Origin: Lytechinus pictus
Taxonomy: Eukaryota
Length of the DNA: 64,000 nt
NCBI RefSeq assembly: GCF_037042905.1
Contig: NC_087250.1
Location: 26,290,001-26,354,000, forward strand
Direction of reading: 5' to 3'
The notes beneath the pieces are model-generated. The model was not told where the DNA came from and ran no database searches. It saw only the letters and a list, made by a program, of their open reading frames with translations. Shown here one piece after another: positions 31,579 to 43,483 of this stretch. Made by a program: the position numbers and the translations under genes. Position 1 is the stretch's first letter. Every line of letters starts with the position of its first letter.

Positions 31579-31855
31579 TTGAAGGAAAGAGTTCATCAGC
31601 CAGTCGAATTTGACCAGCTTTCTTCAGAGCAGTCTTCAGACCTTCTCTCTCTGTCGCAATTTCTTGACCTTTACGCCAATCCCGGAGCATTTGAAGAGTT
31701 CCATCCCAAGTAATGTTATGTGTTTTGTGATTAGTTGCTATGTAACGTTGAACATCGGTAGGAGTAAATCCAAGCTCTCTTCCCAAGCTGCCGATTTCCG
31801 AGTTTTGGAAGACTTCTCTAGCCACTTTGATCAGGACATCTTCAAAATTCGCCAT
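31579..31855 (-). CDS. First coding exon encoding a DEATH domain
   Basis: GCCATGG start with an in-frame upstream TAG; helical pattern LIKVAREV...SLGRELGFTPTDVQRY...TLQMLRDWRK...LKTALKKAGQIRLADEL; donor TCAA|gtaag at 31579 (92 codons + 1 nt, phase 1); acceptor ctacag before 31879. Confidence 0.85.
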
Positions 31856-32984
31856 GGCTTCTGCCTACTTTGGGGTTACCTGTAGACTGAACAATTAAAA
31901 ATCAAACCTAATGGCATTAGTAATGATCATGGGTGTCGATCCTGAGCGGATGGGAGAGGGGGGATAAATCCTCAAAAAAATCAGGTGGGGATGGCCTTTA
32001 CAATCACCACCCCCCCCCCCCTCCCCTAAATAAGGGCATGGGCAAAAGAAACGGTATATCTCCAGAAAATAATCGATAAATGTATTAAAATACATAAATC
32101 AATAAAAAATGACAACAGAGATTAATACACAAAAAAGAAAGAAAAACAAAATTAATTTTCAAAATCGGTTCCATTTTATATTTTGTCTGAAGTTGACAAG
32201 TCTGTTTTGAAAGCAGGTACCTCACTCATCTGTTTGTGATACTTAGTAGGTGAATGTGAATATATCGGGTGATTTTATTAGCCATAAATAAATGCATATG
32301 TTTAGGCCTCTCTAATTTTGATGGTGCATAATAGGTCCATGATAAAAGTAAGGTATTTTTATACCCGTTCTTATTAGTTTAACAGAAGTTACACAGGTTG
32401 GATATACAGCTTGTGCGTTTAAAACTTTGAATGAACTTGCGGATTGAAGGGCAACAAGACACTAATCCAAAATCGTAAAAAAAATATTACGCAGCCTCAA
32501 ATTTCAGGCGACTCATTATAATGTGAGCGTACGTTATAAACCTGTTTGGAAATTTTGAACTTTGATGGTACTATATTTTCGTTTTGCCATGTTAACAATT
32601 ATGTCAGAATCTTACACTATAAATTTGATTGTGATATGTTATATATTGTGTATATGTAATTATTTTATTTGTTCTGTACTTCGTCCTAAAGAACCAAACT
32701 ACCTGGACTTATTTTCATTGTTTGTAATTTCGCTTTGTTTTGTTTTGAATAAAGGTGATATAAAAAAAAATGAAAGGATCATGTAGTTATCTCATAAAAC
32801 TGACATTTTGACCTTACACAAAACTGTATTTTCATGTTTTACCTTTTATCATTGGCGTAATTAACAACGGGGGAACGTGCCACCCCATTTGCTGGCAAAA
32901 GCGAGATAAAAAAGATTCAAAAGAGGAAGAATGAAAAATGCAATAGGGGAGAATTAACTATTATTATATATATATATTGATATG

Positions 32985-35356
32985 CAGGGTGTTTCTGAAA
33001 AAATAAGGCAACCGAAGTTCAAAGGTCAGTTATATCTCAGATAAATATTCTTGGGATTTCTTTTTACATAATTGAGCAACTCATCAACTTTAATTTGACA
33101 CCTTTCTTGTGTCATAATTTTCACGTGATACAGAATTATGGTCCACCGAAGGCGAAAAGTACAAAACCCACTTTATCCAAGTTTTTTTGGTCTTAACGTA
33201 CAAGCACGAAGCCTACTTTGTGTAAGGTTTTAGTTTCATCAGAGTTTTCCTTCACATTTCAGTTGAATGCTATCCTCTCTGTTAACTTTTTTTGTGAGTT
33301 AGTCCTACTGGCATTTACATATCAACTGCCTAGCTTCGATCTCTGTTGAACACGTGATTTACCCCTAATTTTGCATCAACACATTCAATATTTTTACAAT
33401 ACCTCACATTTGACGCTGCATGCACCGGCGTAACAGGGGTCGGTGGCCAGGGGGGGGGGGGAGGCAAGAGCCAAACATTTCCCGGTCATATCATGGTATG
33501 AACAGGCGTAATGGTATAATGAGGCGAGTATTTTGAGAAGGCCAGATATTGCGTATAGGGCAGAATTTATCTTTAAACAAAAATGCGAGCGAGCGAAGTG
33601 AGCGAGCCAAAATGTTGACCTTTTTAATACAAAAATCAAATTTTGTGATAGACTTTGACATGATATCCAGAGAATAATATATTTCACTTTTCTCTCTTTA
33701 GATTCATTTTTTGTGGTCTGTACGCCACTGTGAACAGGATTCTTTGCGGCAGTAGCGTGAAGAGTAAAACAAAAAACAAGGGGCGCAGTATAGGACATGT
33801 GCTAAAAAGCTGATTTATATAAGTCCCGAGCGAGCGAAGCGAGCGAGAAAAAAATCACCTATTCATGATCGAGAATCTAAGTTTGAGCTATTTTTTAAAC
33901 ATTATATTCAGTAAATAAACTTATATCCTACACTTTTCCTTTCTTTTCTTTTCTCTTTTTTTGTTCTTGTTTGTAGAACTTTTTTGGGCCATGGCCCAAC
34001 CCTTCCATACGCTGTGCTGTGCGGTTGGGGTCCGGGGCGTAGCCCCCGGAATTTCTTGATATCAAAGCCATTTTAACCTCGCAGATGGCGCTCTTTTAAT
34101 CAAATCGCGGGCAAATACAGAATATAGCTTTTACACAACACATTTATTCAACCCAGTTGCGTAATGAACCAAATATTTTGAAGGGGCAAAACATAGCAAT
34201 GTGGGAAAAATTTGTAAAAAGTCGCAAGCGTGCAAAGCGAGCTGAAAAAAAATTGCCTATTGAAATTAAATTCTAATTATGTGATAGATTTTTCCATTAT
34301 ATTCAGCAAATAACACATTTCATTGTTCCATTCATTTTATTATACGTTGTCTCCAAGACCAAGACCCCCCTCCCTGAACGGGGGGCGTTATAGAGCCATT
34401 TTAAGGTTATTAATGAAGAGCCCTTACTGCGTTGGGTCTGGGGCAAAGCCCCGGTAGCTTATTTACATGAAATTTAGCAAGCTTATAGCACAATGTTGTA
34501 TGCAGTCCATCTTTCTTCCCGCTCTTTGATTTCAATCATCGGCAGCCCGGTTGTGTTATTATTTTTGTCTTTGTCCCTTGTCTTTGTTTTCCAATTTAGC
34601 GTTTGACTAATTACATTCTACATTCGTTTCCCGCTATTGTTTGCCATTTTGTCATCTTTTATTTTTTTTTCCACTATGCTATTGCATTACATAGGCATAT
34701 TTCGGAACGATTTGTTCTTTCTCAAATGTTCTTCTTTCATACATTTTCCCGCTTTCCTTCCTTTTCCATTAAAAATAAAAATTTCTTCGTTTTCTTTTCA
34801 CTTTTCCCTTTCCTTTTTTTCCTTTCTTTTTCCCCTTACCTTCCCCTGTCCCTTTCTTTCTCCCTCCCTTTTTTTCTTTTCCCGTTTTTCTTTTATTTTC
34901 CCGGTGAAATCCGCCAGGGGGCAACTTGCCCCCCCCCCTTGCCCCCCGCCTGTTACGCCACTGGCTGCATGTCTTTCATTGCCCTAACCATTGCGGGATT
35001 GTGGCGAAGAACATGTCATACATGTATGCATGCAAGTCACCAAGGATATGCTGAGCCATAATTGCATCTAGACACCAGTGATGTAACATTTGTTCGATAA
35101 AAAAACATTTCACTGAAATTTGCAGGGAAAATATCTGATGAAAGCAAAAGTAAAACCTTACAACAAAATTGGTTTGTACTTGGAAAAAGTGGGTTCTGTA
35201 CCCTTCGCCTTCGATGGACTATATCTCTGTGCGAGGTAGGTGTCAAATTTTGACGAGTTAGCCAATTATGTAGAATAAAAATGGCAAGAATACTTTATAT
35301 ATTCTTTATAAAGCTGACATTTAAACTTTGGTAACCTTGTTTGGAAACAACCTCTG
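32985..35356. mobile_element. Degraded Tc1/mariner-like non-autonomous element hosting a nested insertion
   Basis: Imperfect inverted ends cagggtgttt...ggcaaccgaagttcaaaggtcagt / agctgacatttaaactttggtaacc...aacaacctctg|ta. Confidence 0.5.
33423..34963. mobile_element. Non-autonomous hAT-like element
   Basis: Ends caccggcgtaacagg ... cctgttacgccactg; exact 8-bp TSD gctgcatg. Confidence 0.85.
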
Positions 35357-36986
35357 TATTATATCACATTATAGGAACAATATTTCCATAACTTTATAAA
35401 TCATATTTTGCTTTAATAGGACCTATGAGTTCACCATTCCTATTATCTGTATAATGAAATATCTATAATCATGTTGTACTAAAAAGTCCCGCTTCAAATT
35501 CAATATACACCAAACATTTTTATCGCACTTCGATATATTATTGTTTTATGTAGTTACATATGCTTCTTTTTCAGGACTACTTAAAGTCATTGTCCCCTTT
35601 TTAAGGTCTGATTATAGAACATTCACAGCCCGTGCTTACGTTCGCATTAGTGGGTTGGTGAGACATGTCCACTCTTCATGAATTTCAAGAAATGGTCCTT
35701 AAAAGTCCATTTTTTCTGGTATGTATATCATAAATTCCAGATTGCGCTTCGCGCTCAAATTATTTGGTTCACGAATTCCTACAAACAAACCCTAGAATGT
35801 TATATGTGTAAGTGTAATTTGGAGTGTAATTTGGCGTGTCAATTTCTTAAAAAGTATCTATCGTGGGAGGGGGTATCCCCCTCCCTATCCCCCCCCCCCC
35901 CCCGCTGAGACACCAATCATCACAAGAAATCGACACCTACGGTAAAAAAAATACAGTGCTATCAATCCAGATCGATCAGGATTGATTATCACGTTATTTG
36001 CAATGATATACCGATGGTTTTTTTGTATACGTTATTTACTATGACATATTTTGGTTTGTTGATTTCACCCTGTTAAAAGTGTATTGGGAAAATAAGAGAA
36101 AAGAAATAGGCCTAATAAAATATATTGCCGAAGGTTTGAGATAAATCCATCCGCGAGATACGTTATGAAGAAAAAAAAAACCCTATAGGAGAAATCAAGG
36201 GCAGGCTACTAGCAACATATTTAGTGCAGATGTCCTAGAATTGCATACTCTAAATGGAGATTTCATTTATTATCAGGAAAAAAAAATATCCCCCAAGCAT
36301 GGGATTTTTGATTTTTGCTTTGTTGCAACGCTTGTTCTTGTCAGTGCTAAATGGAAATTAGACGAGCTACACGTGTCGTAGGGATGACGTCATTAAAAGG
36401 GATTTTTATCAGAAAGACTCGGTATGACATTTGTTTTTAAGCACAGTCATGTCCAAAACAATAGCCAAGTTATAGTAAAGTAGATCAAATGTATTTAATG
36501 TAAGTTATCAAAGTCATGTTTTTTAGTATTTTCCCAAACAATATTTCCAAAGCTACATACTCACCAATAAGTTCAAGTATACACGCTCTTTCAGCTAACA
36601 ATCTCTGCACACTGGGTGAATGAATGCGAATTCGATGTACAACATGTGTTAGACAGTGTGTATTAAAACATATTGGGGATTTTCCTCATCATGGATCGGG
36701 GGGGGGGGGCACAGGGAGCACGTGCCTCCTCTTTTGAGGAGCAAAATTCAAATTTAAAAAAAAGAGGTGTTACTTTTTTTTTGCTTGTCAATTTTGTTTT
36801 TTTCGGGTACGAAATATCCTAAATTAGTGGTTGAAACTTTTTTTTGCTTGTCAAAGTTTTCCTCCGAAAAATTGCCCCCCCCCCCCCTATTTGAAAATCT
36901 TGGATCCAACCCTGCTGAAACGGAAGAGAAACTATACAGGTTGTTGAGAACATGTACCAGTCTTGCGTAAAATTATTCGTACCTTA

Positions 36987-38285
36987 AGCCCCTTTCACAA
37001 TTGACGTACGACAGTTTGCGACCTTTTGGTCGTGCGATAGGCTGCAACAGGCATCAATCGCTAGTCATCTCATAAGATCGCACAGAGGCTTTCACAGTTG
37101 CAACAGCCGTCGTACAACAAAAACAACCAGTAAACCCCGTTGCACGAGTAAGTCGCATATGCTCTTATTGTGCTCGTGCGATCACATGCGAGTGTTGCAC
37201 GAGGGATTGCGAGTGGAACGGTCGCATACATGCGAATGAAACGGTAGTGCAATGTTGTAAGCCGTTGCGATCGGTCTTGCAACAGTCTTATGGCCCATAT
37301 TATTATCGCAACCAGTCGCAAGACAGGTCTATGTACATGTAGGTCGCTTGCACATGTGCAAGTGTTGTACGACCTCCAGTCAAGTAAATGATACTACTTA
37401 GTTGTGCCACCTCTCGCACCAAGTCGTACAACGTTGAACAACACTCGCACGATGATCGCCCGAGCGATGGTACGACCCCGGGTACGGCCTGATGCGAGTG
37501 AATCGATCGTATTTGATCGCGTTCGGATTTTGAACATGTTCAAAGTTCAGATGTGACCAGTCACGACCATCTCGAGTTCGTGCGACCGTCTACAACGACT
37601 GCGAGTGCTCGCAAGACACCAAGAGATCGATCGTGCAACAACAAGAAAAAACTGTTGCAGGCGGTCGTAAACTGGTCGGACGTCAATTGTGAAAGGGGCT
37701 GAACAGTCGCATACAAGCGAATGCAACGGTAGTGGAATGTTGTAAGCCATAATTTCGATCGATCTTGCAACAGTCTTATATTATCGCACCCAGTCGCAAG
37801 ACTGGTCTCTGTAGGTCTCCAGCACATGTGCAAGTGTTGTACGACCTCCAGTCGACTAAATGCGACTATACTTAGTTGTGCCACCTCTCGCACCAAGTCG
37901 TACAACGTTGAACAACACTAACACGATGGTCGCCCGACCGATGGTACGACTTGTTGCGAGTGAATCAATCGTATTTGATCGCGTTTGGATTTTGAACATG
38001 TTCAAAGTTCAGATGCGACCACTCACGATCACCTCCGACCACCTCGAGTTTGTGCGATCGTCTACAACGACTGCGAGTGCTCGCAAGACACCAAGGGATC
38101 GATCGCGCAACAACAAGAAAAAACTGTTGCAGGTGGTCGTAAACAGGTCGTACGTCAATTGTGAAAGGGGCTTTAGGGGCTTTCACAATTGCTCGTGCGA
38201 TCGTTTGCGATCATTTGGTCACAATGTACGTTGCACATAATCGCAACCGTTGTAAGCAGACGTACCACCAATTGTGAAAGGGGCT
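36987..38285. mobile_element. Harbinger-like MITE with duplicated right half plus an adjacent mini-copy
   Basis: tta|agcccctttcacaattgacg left end; right end caattgtgaaaggggct at 37700, 38172 (followed by tta) and 38285. Confidence 0.8.
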
Positions 38286-39469
38286 TTATACGAACAGCTT
38301 TATAAAACACCCACAAAATCGATTTTCTTCTCTTTTATTATTGTTTCGTTTTTTGGTTACCGTTTCCCCAGTGGATGTCGGTATATTATTATCGACATAA
38401 TGGTACTGTCTCTGTTGAAACGCAGTAAAATATAATCAACGTAATATAATAGTGTTTGTTGACACGCAATGGAATATTATTAACATAATATACCGGCGAA
38501 TTGTGTTAATATTTTTTTTTCATTCTGGGTGAATTCCTAATAAATTGATCAAATAATCATAAAGAAGATGATTTATGAAACTTCGCTAATAATAATGATT
38601 TCTTGTCTAACGCACAAAACATACAGTTAAGGATTCTTGCATGTCAAAATTTGAGAAAACTTTCCCCTCCAACCCCTCTGTTTTTTTATATTTTATTAGA
38701 ATATTTATTGGCGTATAAACCGTGCATCATCAACTCTTTGGGTAATCATTTATGTTTGATTTATATAATGTAACTCTCGTTCAGAATTAAATTATTAATA
38801 TTCCAGATCTAACTAATATTTCTTATTCGAGGAAAACATTTAATAACCACAAAAAAGCGCTGTTTAGTTTTATACAATGTCATCTACTATCAGTCTTTAC
38901 AGTACAGTTTAAACAACCATGTTTGATTTATTAAATAATAATTATAATAAATAACAATAGTAATAATAACAATAATACTAACAATAATAATATTAATAAT
39001 AACAATAATAATAACAACAATAATAATAATAGCAATAATAATAAAATCGACATTTAACTATGTAGCGCCATCTATCTAGAAACAATCTATTTAAAGGCGC
39101 ATTGCTATTATTATTGTTACCCCGGCTTTAGCTCGAGGTGCGTTTTATTTACCTCACCTGGGTCGAGTGCAGCACTGTGTGGATACATTTCTTGCTGAAA
39201 GAGATAATGCCATGGCTACGGTTTTAACCCCTAGAGTCAAGACCACTAGACCACAATGCGCCTATATTGCATATTATATTTATTTTTAAAAACCGAACTT
39301 TGTTGTTCAAGACTTAAACATGTTCAAGAACTTGTTTGAACTGTTAAACAACTATTCTCAACCTGTTAACGTTCATGTAGCAAACAATGTTGTAAAAATT
39401 AAAAAAAAAAAATAAAATTGAGTCAAGTCTAGTCTCAGTGGCTTGCATTTTTCTTTACACATCTTAGTA

Positions 39470-41150
39470 ATTATTCTGTCAAAACTGAAAACAATGTACA
39501 CATCACTTTTATTATAAGCCTGGTTGGCATGGTTTGGGAAAGATAGAAAATATATTGTAGCGTGTTTTACATGTATACTTACACTTAGAATGATCAATGA
39601 ATATCTTATTCGATCAATAATTTTAAAACTTTTCAGAAAAAATATATCGCCAGCTCTCACCCTCCCTCTCCCTCTCTGTCTTTAGCTTTAAACTTAATAG
39701 TTTCATTTCAATTCAAATGCAGATTGCATATTAATAGCTTCTGATTTTAACTGATTTAATGTCTAAAACCACAATTTCATCAAGGGCTTCATTATGAGCG
39801 TAATGTAGACTTGAAAGAGCGCCATCTTTCGACGTAGAATGGGAGAGCATAACAAGGGGAAGTTCCCCAATAGATGTGGCCGACTTCAGATCACTGCCAC
39901 TTTATGGAGGCCAAAACTACTGGGGCTTCTAATGCAGAAGAAAATCAATTTCAATGGGTGATTTGATAAGCCAGTTGAGTTGCTCAGTATGTTTATGCAT
40001 ATATTATCTTTTGTTAGATATATTTGAAGCCCCCTTCCCCCTTGAGGAAGTACCATGAAAACAGAGACAGCATCTATACCATATTTAGGAACCTTCAGAC
40101 GTTACAAACTAAGCTTTTTATGCAGGTTATTTTACATATTTCACTTTCATTAAATACCATTGTCATAATCTTCTGTATTCTGTATTATAATCATGTATTT
40201 CTTGCATTGTGATATTATGTTTTGATATATTTTTTTTTCCATAAATTCAATATGACAGTGGTGTAGGTTTTTTAATAAATCGAAGTAGCATAATGTTATC
40301 ATTAAATATAATTAAATATAATGTGATCGTATTTCATTTCCTGGTTATACAAAGAGTAAGAAGCGTTCGGATTGTTCTAATCTTTCTTCCTCTCTCTCTT
40401 ATTCCATCTTTATTCCCATTCTCTCTCTTTTCCCCCTCTCACTCCTCCACATCTCTCTCTCTCCCTTTCTCAGTCTTTATTCTTACTGTCTCTCCATTTT
40501 TCTCCCCTTCTTCTATTTTTCTCGTCTCCCCTCTCTCTCTCTTTCTCTCTCTCTCTCATCTTTTCTATCCCTCTCCTTTCCGTCTTCTTATCCATTTATT
40601 TTTATCTTTCCTCTCTCTCTCTCTCTCTTTCTCCGTCTTTACTTTCCTCGTCTCTCCATTTTTTCTCTCACTTCCCTCCAGTTTGCCAACCCCTCTTTCT
40701 CTTTATTTTATCCTTTTCCCCTTCGTCTGCCACCATCGTTCTATATTATTTTTATCAGTCTTATCATGTCCAATATACTCATTTGTAAATGAGAAATATG
40801 AACTGCATATAGAGTGATGGTTTTTTTTTTTACATTTCATTTCGTTTATGCTGACAAAATTACTTCACTATGAAATTGCATGATTATTTGTGCATTAAAA
40901 GACACCCTCCACTTCAATTGGGCGTTGTGGCGTGCGCCTGTAATCCAAGCTGTGGGGAAGTTACAAATTGATGCAGAGGTTCGAGGTTCGAGCCCTGGTC
41001 ACGTCTTTCGGATGGTGACGTTAAAGGTCGGTCCCAGACGTAAATAATCATATCTGATTGATACACGTCTGACAAAACTCAAATACACACACACACACAC
41101 ACACCATGATGATGACCTCAAAATACACCCTACAAAGATTTCGATCAATT
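39470..41150. repeat. Segmental duplication, paralogous to about 56064-60090
   Basis: Collinear non-coding blocks (tgtcaaaactgaaaacaat; gccgacttcagatcactgccactttatggaggccaaaa; catgtccaatatactcatttgtaaat) with copy-specific TE insertions. Confidence 0.9.
40919..41103 (+). mobile_element. Short SINE-like element with 7SL (Alu-domain)-like head, copy 1
   Basis: gggcgttgtggcgtgcgcctgtaatccaagct resembles the 7SL/Alu 5' end; B-box ggttcgagccc; (CA)n tail; absent from the paralogous sites near 12725 and 60035. Confidence 0.75.
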
Positions 41151-41803
41151 TAACCCTATATAGGTTAACTCAACGAATCGCGCGATATTTTCGCCGCGCG
41201 AAATTTTTTGACCGCGCCGCTCGCTGACTGTTTACTTTTAAGTCTTGCGCAACGTTTGAGACATATTCTGCCTCACCCAGATACGTGGTTCTGAAATTAT
41301 GCAACATTAGGTAGTGCATGTCAGACCAAAAATTGCTCAAAAACGTGGTTTTGTGTACAAAGTCAATGCAACTTGTATTTCAACCAACATTCATAAATGT
41401 ATGATTATTTTTTTGCTGGTCTAAATGTATTCATTTAATGCTTTTTATGATCTCAGAAGAGTCCCCAACAAATTCAATTGAAAAAAAAAGAAAAAAATGT
41501 ATTAAGAAAAATAAAATAAAAAGTAATACATAACTAATTTCAAACAACATGAACATGATTTGATATCGCAATTTTTCATGAACATTTGCTAAGAACACCA
41601 CGAAGAGTTTCTATACCAAATATTAGAACATTTGGAGCTTTGTTTAGGGAGTTAGAGGAAAAACTATGATTTCGCATACTAATTACGCTTAAATTAGCAT
41701 AATCACTTATTTGCAATTCGTATGAAATAATTACAATACAAAATACAGATTTTTAGAGTATGTCCCAGGCAACCCGCGTGCCAATTTCTACTTTTTGGCA
41801 AGC

Positions 41804-43483
41804 ACAAGCGGTATTTTCGATTTTTCTCATGGTGAAATAACAGAGAAAAAGGTTAGTACGAAAACTTGAATACGAGATGATGTAGAAGACGCAATGTATG
41901 ACGTTTACTCCAACGTTTACTCCAAGTGAGATAGAAGCCCACAAAAGTATTAAGTTGACAACGTTCACAAAACTCGTTTTTACTCAAGAAGAAAACTTAG
42001 ATAAGTGTGTCAGAAAGGAAAGTTACAGTTTTCATCCGTCTTGTGATGATGTAAAAAACAAAGAGATAGGGCAGAGAGAGAGAGAGAGAGAGAGAATGAT
42101 AGAGAGAGCTAGGTACCAAATCAGAGACTTTATAGTGAGTCACAGGTCAAAGGTGAGTGTGCTGTGTAGGATCACTACTGACCACTTTTGACATGTATAA
42201 TGCCAAGGACTCTACACATAAGCAAATTACGAGGATCTCAAATCCAATTTTGCAAGAGAAATACGGGCATAATCCCGGCATCTGATTGGAAAATGGAGAC
42301 AAAAATAACGATAGTGTAAAATCTCAGCTACAACATACTCAAAGCTCTAAGAAAACCGACAAGAAATAGTGGAGATATGGCTCGCGAAATAGAGAAATGT
42401 AAAATTCAGTTTTGAGAAAAAGACATTTCCCATAGAGATTACACGCAAAGTGAACAAAAATAACATGCCTCTTTAAATTGCAATTTTTAGGATGACCCAT
42501 TCCTTATAATGTAAATTAAGCCAACTTAATGGATGGAGTAAGTCCTCAGCTACAACATTTAAAAAACTGGTCGAAAATTAACCAATATTTACGGAGTAAG
42601 AGTCAAATTTGCATAATTATGATGACGTCATAAGTAGCTAAATGGAAATTTTGAGTTCCGACGCCATTTTTTATGACGTCATGATAAAATTTCGGGTCAA
42701 ATGTGATATGAAATCATTTGTCCCATCCATATTCTATTCGAATATGAAAAAAAATGGGGGTCAACGGACTTCCTGAAGAGATATAATGAATTTTGTATAG
42801 GCATTTTTTTGCACATATATTGTCTATGGTTAGTGCGCGCGCGCGCGCGCATTTTGTTAACTTTGATGGAGGCTAATTCCGTTATTACTTGTCGTAGAAG
42901 GTTGATCAAGGTATTAAATTGTTCAGAATTATATTAGCGGTGCATTGATGTGAGAAAAAAAATGGCGATCCTATTTTGCATAGCGCCGTTATGCGAGTAA
43001 ATGCGAGCTTAACAGTGCGCGCGCAAATTTTGTAAATGCTTAAAAAGACCTTTGAATGAACTTTGGTCAAAAAGGGATTTTGAGCATTTTAAAATTTTGA
43101 CGCACGCGTATGCGCACGTCGTGACCTTTACATGACCTTTGACGACATGGACAGTTGACCCTTGACCTGAAGTTAATGTGGTGTAAATATGGTTAATTCT
43201 TGATAATTGATAATGAAGATATGATTGATTATGTGATTTTTCAAAATTACGTCCAGATGACGTCATGATGACCTTTTGACCTTGAACCTGTTTCATCCAT
43301 ATGACATGGTAAGTCCCCATATCTGATGATACTTTGAAGAAAATTGAAGATGTAGATTTTGAGATTTTACGCTAACAAGAAAAGGGTTGACAAATACAAA
43401 TTAATAAATAAATAAATAAATAAATAAAAAAGAAAATTCGTACGAAATTAATAGTTGATCTGTCGATTGACAGATCACCTAAT
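41804..43483 (+). mobile_element. Possible non-autonomous Helitron/Helentron-type element
   Basis: 3' hairpin tgatctgtc-gatt-gacagatca followed by cctaat; no TIR or TSD seen; left boundary uncertain. Confidence 0.35.

Noticed and set aside
40919..41103. True 7SL (SRP) RNA gene
   Set aside because: Similarity is limited to the first ~45 nt; no S domain; too short; has a (CA)n tail.
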